A stretch of 37,061 nucleotides of DNA from an uncultured Actinomycetota bacterium (GCA_964560595.1 CAZLME010000002.1:1-37061); one strand, 5' to 3'; shown: positions 28,578-37,061, counted from the first letter of the stretch. Translations and numbers: made by a program. Notes: generated from the sequence alone by a model not told the origin.

Positions 28578-30365
28578 ATGTCTTTTGACGAAGATGAAAA
28601 AGGATTTGGAGACGACAGTCCAAACGATGATGATTTTTATAAGCTGGATGATGAAAGTGAAGAAAAAAATAATTCCGGGGATGATTTCTTTAAAGATGAA
28701 GATTTTGAATTTGAAGGTTATGACGATGAAAAAGAACCAGAAAGAGAGGGAATTAGAAGTAAAAGAACAAAGCAGAGAGGTAAAAGAAGAAAGGCAATCT
28801 TTAGAATTACCGCTATACTGCTTGTCCTGATTTTAGCGGCTGCAGCAATAGTTTTCTGGGCTGTCCCATGGATTAAAAACAAATTTTTCTCCAAAGCAGA
28901 GATAACGGAAGAAGAAAGAATAACAATACCCGATTCCCTGATACTGGGCAAAGATATAAACATCGTTTTTGCATGTGCCGGCGGTAACCTTGATGAACCT
29001 GATGTCAATACAATTATATTTTCAAGTTATTACAGTAGTGACAATAAATTAATTTCCTTATGCATTCCGCCGAGGACGTATATGGATATTCCCGGTGTTG
29101 GAGCAGAGCTAATAGGGAGTTCAGTAAATATACAGGGAATGGATTTATTGAACCTTGCTTTAAAAAACAACCTGGGCATGAATATGGAGGTAGATTATTA
29201 TATCTTATTCGATGTGTTAAATGCAGTAAATAAATTGGGTGGAATAAACCTGGAACTGGCGGAGGAAATTTCAGTAAAGAACTACAGTGACAATTCAACT
29301 TTTACACTTGAGAAGGGTAATAACCTTGTTGACGGAGCGGAGGTATTAAATTTTTTAAGATACTTTAGTGGTATGGAGAAAGATGTGCCGATAGAGAATA
29401 TCAAAAATCAAAAATTAATTGTAGATGCGCTTATAAAGAAAATTGCCGGTGAAAATGAAGAAGAAATGTCTGCCAATTTAAACCTGGTTAAGGATTTTAT
29501 GGACACCGATTTAAGCATGGAGGATAGCCTAAAAATATTCTCAACGCTCTCTGGTATAGATTCCGGCAAGAATTACACCCATGCCCTGAGCGTAACTTCT
29601 ACGGATCTGGGGGGCGGAGATATTATTTATATCCCGAAGGATATTGAAAAGCTTGCAGAAATTTTTGGTAAGGAAGGAATCTCAACAACTGAAGAAAGCC
29701 AGGGTTTTACAGAAACCGTAAAAATTACAGTATTAAATGGAGCATATGATTCTACGGAAGCATTCGGGCTGGCGACTAATGTATCCGAAACTTTAAAAAA
29801 TCTGAAATTTGATGATGGCACTAATAAATATGATGTAATTGAAGTAGGAAATGCTGATAAAATACACGAAAGTACCCAGATTTTAATTTACACTCCAGAT
29901 GAAAATAAATTGGCTGCTGCGGATGATATCATACAGGTGCTTGGAGCAGGAAGCAAAAACCAAAGAGAAGATGAAATAATGAGTTCGGATATTATAATAA
30001 TTTTAGGAAAAGATTACCTGGCGATAACAGAAGGTTCTACAGAAAACGAAGAGCTGGAAGAACAAACAATAAAAATAATTGTTTTAAATGGAGAGGGCAC
30101 GACAGGTCTTGCTGCAGCGGTTACAGGCATACTTGATGATTATTTTAATTCCGCAGAAGAAACTGCGGTAATACTGGAACCAAGGAGTGCAGCTAATTTT
30201 AATTATACCAAAACTGAAATAACTGTTTTTACTTCCACTGACAGAGTGAACGAGGCAGCGCAAAAAATACAGGAAAGGCTTGGTGTGGGAGTAATAGGAT
30301 ATTCAGATAACAATGTAGATAATGTGGATATTAGTGTAACTATAGGGAGTGATTATACAAAATAG
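28578..30365 (+). CDS. LytR-CpsA-Psr (LCP) family protein with acidic N-terminal tail and two C-terminal LytR_C-like repeats
   Basis: Acidic tail, one TM helix (ILLVLILAAAAIVFWAV), an LCP-like core (ISLCIPPRTYMDIPG), then two VLNG-type repeats (KITVLNGAYDS..., KIIVLNGEGTTGLA...). I trimmed the track ORF (28563) to ATG 28578, 8 nt after GGAGG (28565-28569). Confidence 0.8.
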   Translation: MSFDEDEKGFGDDSPNDDDFYKLDDESEEKNNSGDDFFKDEDFEFEGYDDEKEPEREGIRSKRTKQRGKRRKAIFRITAILLVLILAAAAIVFWAVPWIKNKFFSKAEITEEERITIPDSLILGKDINIVFACAGGNLDEPDVNTIIFSSYYSSDNKLISLCIPPRTYMDIPGVGAELIGSSVNIQGMDLLNLALKNNLGMNMEVDYYILFDVLNAVNKLGGINLELAEEISVKNYSDNSTFTLEKGNNLVDGAEVLNFLRYFSGMEKDVPIENIKNQKLIVDALIKKIAGENEEEMSANLNLVKDFMDTDLSMEDSLKIFSTLSGIDSGKNYTHALSVTSTDLGGGDIIYIPKDIEKLAEIFGKEGISTTEESQGFTETVKITVLNGAYDSTEAFGLATNVSETLKNLKFDDGTNKYDVIEVGNADKIHESTQILIYTPDENKLAAADDIIQVLGAGSKNQREDEIMSSDIIIILGKDYLAITEGSTENEELEEQTIKIIVLNGEGTTGLAAAVTGILDDYFNSAEETAVILEPRSAANFNYTKTEITVFTSTDRVNEAAQKIQERLGVGVIGYSDNNVDNVDISVTIGSDYTK

Positions 30366-30751
30366 TGGTAAAAAGGGTAATAAAAGCTATCAAACCTGAA
30401 TTAAAAGATATAGTTAAAACTATAAAAGCAGTAGCTAAAATAGCGGACGAGAAAAAAGCGGATTATATAAAAATCCTCGATATGAGATCAAGGCTCATTA
30501 TCACCGATTACTTCATAATAATCAGTGCAAAAAATACCAGATTGACAAGAAAAATACAGGAAGAAATCCGTATTTATCTAAAAAGTAAAAATCTTAAGGC
30601 CATTAATATCAGTGGTCTGACTGAAGGAAGGTGGATCTTAATTGATTATGATGATTTTGTAATTCATATTTTTACAAACGAGTTAAGGGAATATTATGAG
30701 CTTGAAAGGCTATGGAGAGATTCAGGAGAAGTAGAATGGAATAAAGATTAG
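30365..30751 (+). CDS. rsfS: Ribosomal silencing factor RsfS (iojap family)
   Basis: ILDMRSRLIITDYFIIISAKNTR...DFVIHIFTNELREYYELERLW. The GTG start overlaps the LCP stop by 1 nt (TAGTG). Confidence 0.9.
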   Translation: MVKRVIKAIKPELKDIVKTIKAVAKIADEKKADYIKILDMRSRLIITDYFIIISAKNTRLTRKIQEEIRIYLKSKNLKAINISGLTEGRWILIDYDDFVIHIFTNELREYYELERLWRDSGEVEWNKD

Positions 30752-30778
30752 TCTGCATATTTATGGAAGGATTATTAA

Positions 30779-33343
30779 TTGGAAAAAGTGAAGTTAAATA
30801 AACCTTACAAACCCAGGGAAATAGAAAAGGGAATAGTTGAAAAGTGGGAAAAGGAGAATATATATTCCCTTAAATCTTCTAAAGATAACCCAAAATATTA
30901 TGTACTGGAAATGTTTCCCTACCCTTCCGGAGAACCTCATATGGGTCATGCGAGAAATTATACCATCGGAGATGTTGTTGCAAGGGTTCTCTCAAGGAAA
31001 GGGTATAATGTTCTTCACCCTATTGGTTTTGACGCTTTCGGATTGCCTGCCGAAAATGCGGCAATAAAAAGCGGTCTTCATCCTAAAGACAGCACCATGT
31101 CTAATATTGATAAAATGAGAAAAGCTCTCAAACGGATGGGGATGAGTTATGATTTTAACGATGAAGTGATAACTTCCGATCCTGATTATTATAGATGGAC
31201 ACAATGGTTCTTCCTGTTGTTTTATAAGATGGGTCTGGCAGAGAAGAAAGAAGCGCCGGTTAACTGGTGCAATTCCTGCCAGACTGTTCTTGCGAATGAA
31301 CAGGTCATTTCCGGCAAATGCGAGAGATGTGACAGCCCTGTTGAAAAAAGAGTATTGTCACAATGGTTCTTTAAAATAACGGATTATGCGCAAAGGCTTA
31401 TTGATGATATGGAACTTTTAAAAGATGGATGGCCGGAAAGGGTCCTTACCATCCAGCGGAATTGGATTGGAAGAAGTGAAGGCGCTGTGGTTAATTTTAA
31501 ACTCGATGGTTCCGGCGATATTGATATTCCGGTATTTACAACAAGACCCGATACTCTGTTTGGCGTCACTTTTTTTATTCTTTCTCCAGAGCATCCGCTG
31601 GTGGATAAAATTGTGGAGGGTGAGGATTATAAAAAAGAAATTAAAAAAACCAGAGCGATAATTTCCAGGCAGAGCGATATTGAACGGGGCTCGGCGGAAG
31701 TTGAAAAAGTAGGATGTTTTACGGGAAGATATGTTATAAATCCTCTGAATGGTGAACAAGTTCCCATCTGGATTGCCAATTATGTTCTGCTGGAGTACGG
31801 GACCGGCGCCATAATGGCGGTCCCCGCTCATGACGAACGGGATTTTGAATTTGCATCCGAATATGGAATTCCAATTAAAGAAGTGATTTCCCCTGATGGA
31901 AGGAGCCATCCTGAACTGAATGCGGCATATACCGGTGAAGGAATAATGGTAAATTCGGGAGATTTTAATGGATTTGAGTCAGAAGAAGGCAAAAAAGAGA
32001 TTACCCGTTATATTGAAAAAAATAATCTTGGTAAATTCAGCATAAATTATAAATTAAGAGACTGGCTGATTTCAAGGCAGAGATACTGGGGAGCTCCGAT
32101 TCCTATTGTTTACTGCGATAAGTGCGGCATGGTTCCTGTTCCGGAAAAAGATTTACCGGTACTTCTCCCGTATAATGTAGATTTCAAACCAAAAGGCCTG
32201 TCACCGCTTTTATATTGTGAAGAATTTGTAAATACCACATGTCCGCAGTGTGGGGGTAAGGCAAAAAGGGAAACAGATACAATGGATACCTTTGTTTGTT
32301 CTTCATGGTATTTTTTAAGGTATTGCAGCCCTCATATCGGCGACAAAGCTTTTGATGATAAAGAGACGGATTACTGGATGCCAGTAGATCAGTATATAGG
32401 TGGAATAGAACACGCAAGCATGCATCTCATATATGCCAGGTTTTTTACCAAAGTTCTTTATGATAGTGGAATGGTTAAATTCAGGGAACCTTTTATCAGG
32501 TATTTCCCACACGGAATTGTAAACCTGGGCGGCCAGAAAATGTCAAAATCTAAAGGAAATATTGTTAATCCATCTGAAATTTATAGCCGGTTCGGAGCGG
32601 ATACATTAAGACTGTATATACTTTTTATGGGTCCGGCCGGCAGTCCGGTAGACTGGAATGACAGCGGCGTAGAAGGAGCAAGCAGATTTCTAAAAAGGGT
32701 CTGGAAGCTCGTAACAGGAAATATTGAGATGGTTGGTAATACAAAATCAAATAATACATGCAGTAATGAAACAGATACTCAAAGAAATAATGCCCGGATA
32801 AATGTTAGAAGCGAGTATAAAAACGGTAAATTAAGCAGTCTGGAAAAGGAGCTATACAGGAAATTACATCAGACAATTAAAAAAGTAACAGATGATATCC
32901 TTGTCAGGTTTAATTTTAATACCGCGATAAGTGCTATTATGGAACTTGTCAATTTATTCTATAAATATCAGGAGGACTTATCCCGCACCGGGAAGAATAT
33001 TTATCTGGTAAAAGAAGTAACCGAAAAATTGTTAATACTTCTTTCTCCCATTGCCCCGTTTATTACCGAAGAATTATGGCTCATATCTGGAAATGCCGGG
33101 AGTATCCATAAAGTCAGCTGGCCGGGTTATGATGATGAGATTGCACGCGAAGAACTGGTCACGGTTGTTTTTCAGGTAAACGGAAAGCTCAGGGATAAGA
33201 TGGATCTGCCTGCCGGTACCCCTGCGGAAGAAGTCAAAAAATATGCTCTCTCATCAGAAAAAGTCAGAAAGTTTACCGACGGCAGGGAGATAATAAAAGA
33301 AATAGTTATACCCGACAGGCTTGTCAATATTGTGGTGAAATAG
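30779..33343 (+). CDS. leuS: Leucine--tRNA ligase
   Basis: 854-aa class I aaRS. HIGH-type motif PYPSGEPHMGH, KMSKS (QKMSKSKGN), CP1 editing domain, zinc-binding Cys pairs. TTG start lies 27 nt after rsfS. Confidence 0.95.
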   Translation: MEKVKLNKPYKPREIEKGIVEKWEKENIYSLKSSKDNPKYYVLEMFPYPSGEPHMGHARNYTIGDVVARVLSRKGYNVLHPIGFDAFGLPAENAAIKSGLHPKDSTMSNIDKMRKALKRMGMSYDFNDEVITSDPDYYRWTQWFFLLFYKMGLAEKKEAPVNWCNSCQTVLANEQVISGKCERCDSPVEKRVLSQWFFKITDYAQRLIDDMELLKDGWPERVLTIQRNWIGRSEGAVVNFKLDGSGDIDIPVFTTRPDTLFGVTFFILSPEHPLVDKIVEGEDYKKEIKKTRAIISRQSDIERGSAEVEKVGCFTGRYVINPLNGEQVPIWIANYVLLEYGTGAIMAVPAHDERDFEFASEYGIPIKEVISPDGRSHPELNAAYTGEGIMVNSGDFNGFESEEGKKEITRYIEKNNLGKFSINYKLRDWLISRQRYWGAPIPIVYCDKCGMVPVPEKDLPVLLPYNVDFKPKGLSPLLYCEEFVNTTCPQCGGKAKRETDTMDTFVCSSWYFLRYCSPHIGDKAFDDKETDYWMPVDQYIGGIEHASMHLIYARFFTKVLYDSGMVKFREPFIRYFPHGIVNLGGQKMSKSKGNIVNPSEIYSRFGADTLRLYILFMGPAGSPVDWNDSGVEGASRFLKRVWKLVTGNIEMVGNTKSNNTCSNETDTQRNNARINVRSEYKNGKLSSLEKELYRKLHQTIKKVTDDILVRFNFNTAISAIMELVNLFYKYQEDLSRTGKNIYLVKEVTEKLLILLSPIAPFITEELWLISGNAGSIHKVSWPGYDDEIAREELVTVVFQVNGKLRDKMDLPAGTPAEEVKKYALSSEKVRKFTDGREIIKEIVIPDRLVNIVVK

Positions 33344-33465
33344 GCACAAAGTAATAAATCAAAGCATAAAGCAGTGGAAATCTTTTTATATAATGTCTTT
33401 TATTTTCATATGTCTTCTTGTTATAAATTCTTCATGAGCTTTTCTAATATCTTTTATTTTTCTTG

Positions 33466-33981
33466 TTAGGTGTCCTGCAGGAGTTCAAGAATTGACCGGC
33501 AAAATGCAGGCAGGTCACCGGGAGCCCGTGATGTCACGAGATTGCCATCCACAACAGCTTCCTTATCCAGGTAATGCCCGCCTGCACTTATAAGATCCGG
33601 GGCTATATCTCGGAAACCTGTGACTTCTTTATTTTTTATTATGTCTGCTTCCGCAAGTATTAACCCGCCACGGCAAATTGCGGCAATAATTTTATTCTGA
33701 AGGTAAGCCTCCCTAACAAGTGCAACCATCTCCTTTATTTCCCTCATTTTAACAGGGGCATTTCCTCCCGGTATAATTACGGCTGCTATGCTGCCAGTAT
33801 TAACCTGCCCGGCTGAAATATCTGATTTAATGGGCACACCAAATTTACCTTTATATTCATTATTGGCTATAGGACCCGCAATTTTAACATTGTAACCGGC
33901 TTCCTTAAATCTGTAATAGGGATATATGACTTCCTCATCCCTGAACCCGTTTTCTATCAGTATTAATATTTCTTTTACCAT
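33466..33981 (-). CDS. DJ-1/PfpI-family protein (class I glutamine amidotransferase-like fold)
   Basis: 171 aa that aligns by eye along its whole length with PfpI-type proteins (EEVIYPYYRFKEAG, IIPGG.AP, nucleophile elbow AAIC, VDGNLVTSRAPGDLPAF). Confidence 0.85.
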   Translation of the reverse strand: MVKEILILIENGFRDEEVIYPYYRFKEAGYNVKIAGPIANNEYKGKFGVPIKSDISAGQVNTGSIAAVIIPGGNAPVKMREIKEMVALVREAYLQNKIIAAICRGGLILAEADIIKNKEVTGFRDIAPDLISAGGHYLDKEAVVDGNLVTSRAPGDLPAFCRSILELLQDT

Positions 33982-34177
33982 AGATTGCTCCTCTGTTTTA
34001 AGAATCTTTATAACTTCTAATTATTGTATCAGGATTTCTTATTATGTTAACTGTTGTTTTTTATTTAATCCTTGCTTTATTATCAATTGAATTTATGCTA
34101 TAGTGTAATTACATTTTTAATCAAATATATAAATTTTTTAACATAAGTTCATGCAGCTTATATGAGTTTTTAAGGAT

Positions 34178-34984
34178 ATGAAAGAGATAATAAGTAAATT
34201 AAGATTTCTTATTGATAAAATAAAATATAAAAAAGGAAAGAATCCATACATTTCGGTAATAGTGCTGCTCGTTATTATAGTAGCTTCATTTATCATAATT
34301 TATATAAACATGCAGATTGAAATAAAAAGGAAAGAAAATATCCTAAAAAGTTATTATCCGGAAAATAACATTGCCGGCAATGGATCAGACGGGATTACGG
34401 GAACCGGACTTGATGAGGCTGATAAAGAAATCAATGAAGCAATAACATTGTATGAAAATAAAGACGGTCACTTAACTGATGGTAATATGGAAAATGCGGA
34501 AAATGCCGACAATGCTTTAAGTATGAGCAAAAAAGCAGGTACAATAAAAGTTTATATATGCGGTGCGGTTAAAAATCCGGGTGTTTATGAGGTTGATGAA
34601 GGAGCAAGGATAATAGATTTACTGGAGATAGCAGGAGGCCAGAATGAAAATGCCTGTCCCGAGATTATTAATCTGGCGCAGCCCGTAATTGACGGCCAGA
34701 GAATTTATGTTCCATCCAGGGAAGAAATTACTGGTGGCAGCTCTCTTTTTCTTACGGATAATTTCTCAAATGATTACTACTCTTCTGATAATAGAATTGT
34801 AAATATTAATACGGCAAACCTGAAGGAGCTCGAGACACTACCCGGGGTAGGCCCGGTAATTGCTCAGAATATAATTGAATACAGAAATAGAAATGGATTA
34901 TTTAAGAAAAAGGAGGAATTAAAAAATGTAACAGGCATCGGGGAAAAAAAATATGAGGAAATCAGTAAATTTATTTCAATTTGA
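34178..34984 (+). CDS. comEA: ComEA-type DNA receptor (TM anchor, SLBB domain, helix-hairpin-helix)
   Basis: N-terminal TM helix, SLBB-like IKVYICGAVKNPGVYEV, tandem HhH (LETLPGVGPVIAQNII...VTGIGEKKYEEI). Confidence 0.8.
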   Translation: MKEIISKLRFLIDKIKYKKGKNPYISVIVLLVIIVASFIIIYINMQIEIKRKENILKSYYPENNIAGNGSDGITGTGLDEADKEINEAITLYENKDGHLTDGNMENAENADNALSMSKKAGTIKVYICGAVKNPGVYEVDEGARIIDLLEIAGGQNENACPEIINLAQPVIDGQRIYVPSREEITGGSSLFLTDNFSNDYYSSDNRIVNINTANLKELETLPGVGPVIAQNIIEYRNRNGLFKKKEELKNVTGIGEKKYEEISKFISI

Positions 34985-36705
34985 AAGATATAAAAAGAAA
35001 AATAATATTATTTCTATGCAATGATTACTATCTTTTCTGGGCCCTTGGATTAACTGCAGGAGTATACACAGGAGGTATTTCTAATCTATGTAATGTATAC
35101 ATGACCGTAGCCGGGGTTACGGCTGTAGCAGTGCTGTTGATTATTGAAATAATGGCAGCCGGAAGATTTTTATTAGAAAAAAACTCTTCTGGATTTCTTA
35201 ACGAAAAAAAATTTGAAAAAGACACCGAGAATGACTGTAAATTTCTACCCGGGAGTAAATCTCCGTCAGATTCAGAAAAGAAAAATGCCGGGTTGTTTAT
35301 TGCAGCTGTAATCCCATTTTTGATTTTGTTTTTTATTGGAAATTTAATTATCAGGATATATGATTTTAGAGAAACTAAAAATATAATTTCAGCCATATAC
35401 AAAAATGAAAATTCAGCTGCGGATAACGTCAACACCTTTATTATAATATACGGCAGAGTATCAGACCACCCTTCAAGAAGCTATGGTAACTTAAATTTTA
35501 CGCTGGCAGTAGATAAAATATTTATTTATGATTCCGGCAGAGACCCGGATGGTTTTCTTGAAGCCGGAGAACATGTAATTATAAAACTAAATAATGCAGC
35601 TGGTGGTTTTATATCAAGAGACGACTATTTAAGAATAAGAGGCAACTTTAAAAAAACTGATTTAAAAAAATTAAAATCTGACAGGCAGGAGAATAAAGAA
35701 ATATTTTTTAAAGCTGATTACCATGATGCAAAAAAAATTGGGTGCAGCAGCCTGGGATATAAAATATTTATTTTTAGAAGCAGACTTTATAATTGCCTAA
35801 AAAATGCCTATTATAAAAATTTAGAAAATGAAAATGCCTGCATAGCCGAAGCTGTGATACTGGGCAATAGAAATAATTTGCCTTCGTATCTGGTGGAGTC
35901 TTTTAAAAGATGTGGGGTATATCACCTTTTTGCAATTTCGGGTCTGCATCTTTCTTTTTTTACTTCTCTTATATATTTAATTTTTAAAAGAGTCCGTTCA
36001 TCAAATTATATTTTAGTGGCTGTAATCATTTTTTTGGTTATTTATAATTTTCTGGTAGGGGAAAGGGCCAGTATGTTAAGAGCTTCAATCGCAGTTATTT
36101 TAATATTTCTTGCGGGGAGGTGGAACAGGGAATACAGCCATAAAATTATTCTTTATCTTTCTTATATTATATTGATTATTTATAATCCTTATTTTATTTA
36201 TAACACCGGGTTCTGGATGACTTTCGGCTCTATGGCAGCCCTGGCTTTTATCTATCCGTTTATGCTAAAAGCTGCCAGAGGTATATTTATCTTTAAAAGT
36301 TCCATACTCAATTTTTTTGCAAAAATTATTTTTATTACTTTATCGATACAGGTTGTTTTATTTCCGGTTATTGCTTACTTTTTTAATGAAGTTTCCTTAG
36401 TTTCACCGGCAGCCAATATTCTAATAATGCCGGCATTTTATATCCTCCTCTCTATTATGATATTTTCTTCATCTATCATAATAATCTGGCCGCCTGCAGG
36501 AGGATTTTTCTTAAGGTCAAGCGTGATTTTTTTTAAATATATCTTACGAACGGTTAAGATATTAAGTAGATTCGATTTATGTATTATTAGTTTTAATAGC
36601 TTCACAGTAAGAAATATGGTAGCTTACTATATGGTATTTTCAATCTTAATACTTGTGATTTATATGCTTATAAAAATAACCGGTGTAAGAAAAGGAAAAT
36701 TTTAA
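34981..36705 (+). CDS. comEC: ComEC/Rec2-family channel protein lacking the C-terminal metallo-beta-lactamase domain
   Basis: 574 aa. N-terminal OB-like/DUF4131 region and a competence domain (CGVYHLFAISGLHLSFF). The protein ends after the last TM helices with no HxHxDH motif. Start overlaps the comEA stop by 4 nt (TTGA). Confidence 0.8.
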   Translation: MKDIKRKIILFLCNDYYLFWALGLTAGVYTGGISNLCNVYMTVAGVTAVAVLLIIEIMAAGRFLLEKNSSGFLNEKKFEKDTENDCKFLPGSKSPSDSEKKNAGLFIAAVIPFLILFFIGNLIIRIYDFRETKNIISAIYKNENSAADNVNTFIIIYGRVSDHPSRSYGNLNFTLAVDKIFIYDSGRDPDGFLEAGEHVIIKLNNAAGGFISRDDYLRIRGNFKKTDLKKLKSDRQENKEIFFKADYHDAKKIGCSSLGYKIFIFRSRLYNCLKNAYYKNLENENACIAEAVILGNRNNLPSYLVESFKRCGVYHLFAISGLHLSFFTSLIYLIFKRVRSSNYILVAVIIFLVIYNFLVGERASMLRASIAVILIFLAGRWNREYSHKIILYLSYIILIIYNPYFIYNTGFWMTFGSMAALAFIYPFMLKAARGIFIFKSSILNFFAKIIFITLSIQVVLFPVIAYFFNEVSLVSPAANILIMPAFYILLSIMIFSSSIIIIWPPAGGFFLRSSVIFFKYILRTVKILSRFDLCIISFNSFTVRNMVAYYMVFSILILVIYMLIKITGVRKGKF

Positions 36706-36798
36706 GGCATATGTTATACTATAATAATTTTAATAAGAGGCGCAGCCAGGCTACGAATTTAAAACCTGCTTCCGGGAATATGACTTTTAAAAAATACT

Positions 36799-37061
36799 AT
36801 GAATAAAATTATTAATTTTTCAAGAAACAGCGGGGTTAATGTAGAAAAAAGAATACTGGTTTTTTCTTTTATCCAGAGACTGCTGATAAGTACAGGTATA
36901 AATGTTATCGGACCAATTATTCCGTTGATTGCAGTTGAATTAAAAGTCGGCCTGGATTATATGGGAGGCATAATATCAATCGGTGCTTTTGTGTTGCTTG
37001 TGACCTCAATTTGTACCGGTTTCTTGCTTGAATTATTCGGATTTAAAAAAATAATCTTAAG
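36799..37061 (+). CDS. MFS-type transporter, 5' partial (runs off the window)
   Basis: My own translation from ATG 36799: MNKIINFSRNSGVNVEKRILVFSFIQRLLISTGINVIGPIIPLIAVELKVGLDYMGGIISIGAFVLLVTSICTGFLLELFGFKKIIL. This gives two TM helices and an MFS motif-A-like GFLLELFGFKK. The frame is open to the window end. Confidence 0.5.
   Translation, partial: MNKIINFSRNSGVNVEKRILVFSFIQRLLISTGINVIGPIIPLIAVELKVGLDYMGGIISIGAFVLLVTSICTGFLLELFGFKKIIL

Noticed and set aside
28561-28830. 89-aa Lys-rich + strand ORF overlapping the yqeK end and the LCP start in another frame.
   Set aside because: It is the alternative-frame reading of the GA-rich tract that encodes the acidic LCP tail, where GAn codons read as AAG/AGA. 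It has no independent RBS or motif.
33344-33465. I searched for intrinsic terminators in the convergent spacers (leuS/pfpI at 33344-33465 and rpmA/chrA at 19958-19970) and after valS, mreB and comEC.
   Set aside because: I could not find a GC-rich hairpin followed by a T-run in any of them, so no terminator feature is reported. Absence judged by eye is not proof.
34044-34103. 19-codon hydrophobic mini-ORF (MLTVVFYLILALLSIEFML) in the pfpI-comEA divergent spacer, considered as a possible type I toxin-like peptide.
   Set aside because: There is no Shine-Dalgarno upstream and no flanking structured antisense RNA signal. T-rich spacers readily yield hydrophobic mini-ORFs. There is no support beyond the open frame.
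1-37061. I scanned the whole window for CRISPR repeats, transposase/integrase/recombinase genes, phage structural genes, restriction-modification, toxin-antitoxin pairs, reverse transcriptases and long tandem or inverted repeats.
   Set aside because: None were found. Every ORF above about 80 aa that is not an antisense shadow is accounted for by a housekeeping or simple accessory assignment. No defence-island or mobile-element claim is made.

Overview
This is an AT-rich, very gene-dense bacterial chromosome segment made up almost entirely of core housekeeping genes. I call 35 CDS, 32 of them on the + strand. Gene order is: tig-clpP-clpX / valS-folC / small membrane zinc-ribbon protein-ndk-DUF4321-maf / mreB-mreC-mreD-PBP2-rodA / split radical-SAM pair (TIGR03960/TIGR03936 type)-rng / rplU-rpmA / [minus-strand split chrA pair, then two tandem Zn-dependent MDR dehydrogenases] / obg-proB-proA-nadD-yqeK-LCP-rsfS-leuS / [minus-strand DJ-1/PfpI] / comEA-comEC / 5' end of an MFS transporter. 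Many neighbouring genes overlap or sit fewer than 30 nt apart. I found no CRISPR array, transposase, integrase, phage gene, rRNA, convincing tRNA, or recognisable defence or toxin-antitoxin module. I therefore do not think the window holds an obvious new system, and I say so rather than inventing one. The items most worth a second look are these. (1) rplU can only encode its conserved N-terminus if it starts at an ATT codon. (2) A conserved but functionally uncharacterised radical-SAM pair sits directly upstream of an RNase G that carries an extra C-terminal TRAM-like domain. (3) A four-gene accessory insertion (split chrA plus two dehydrogenases) interrupts the normally contiguous rplU-rpmA-obg cluster. 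(4) A PLDc_N-type membrane anchor is fused to a double zinc ribbon. (5) The DJ-1/PfpI homologue keeps the nucleophile Cys but appears to lack the His and Glu partners. (6) ComEC has no metallo-beta-lactamase domain. (7) Modules usually found in these clusters are missing: minCDE, radC, lon, prp and T-box leaders. All family assignments come from reading motifs in the translated ORFs; no searches were run.
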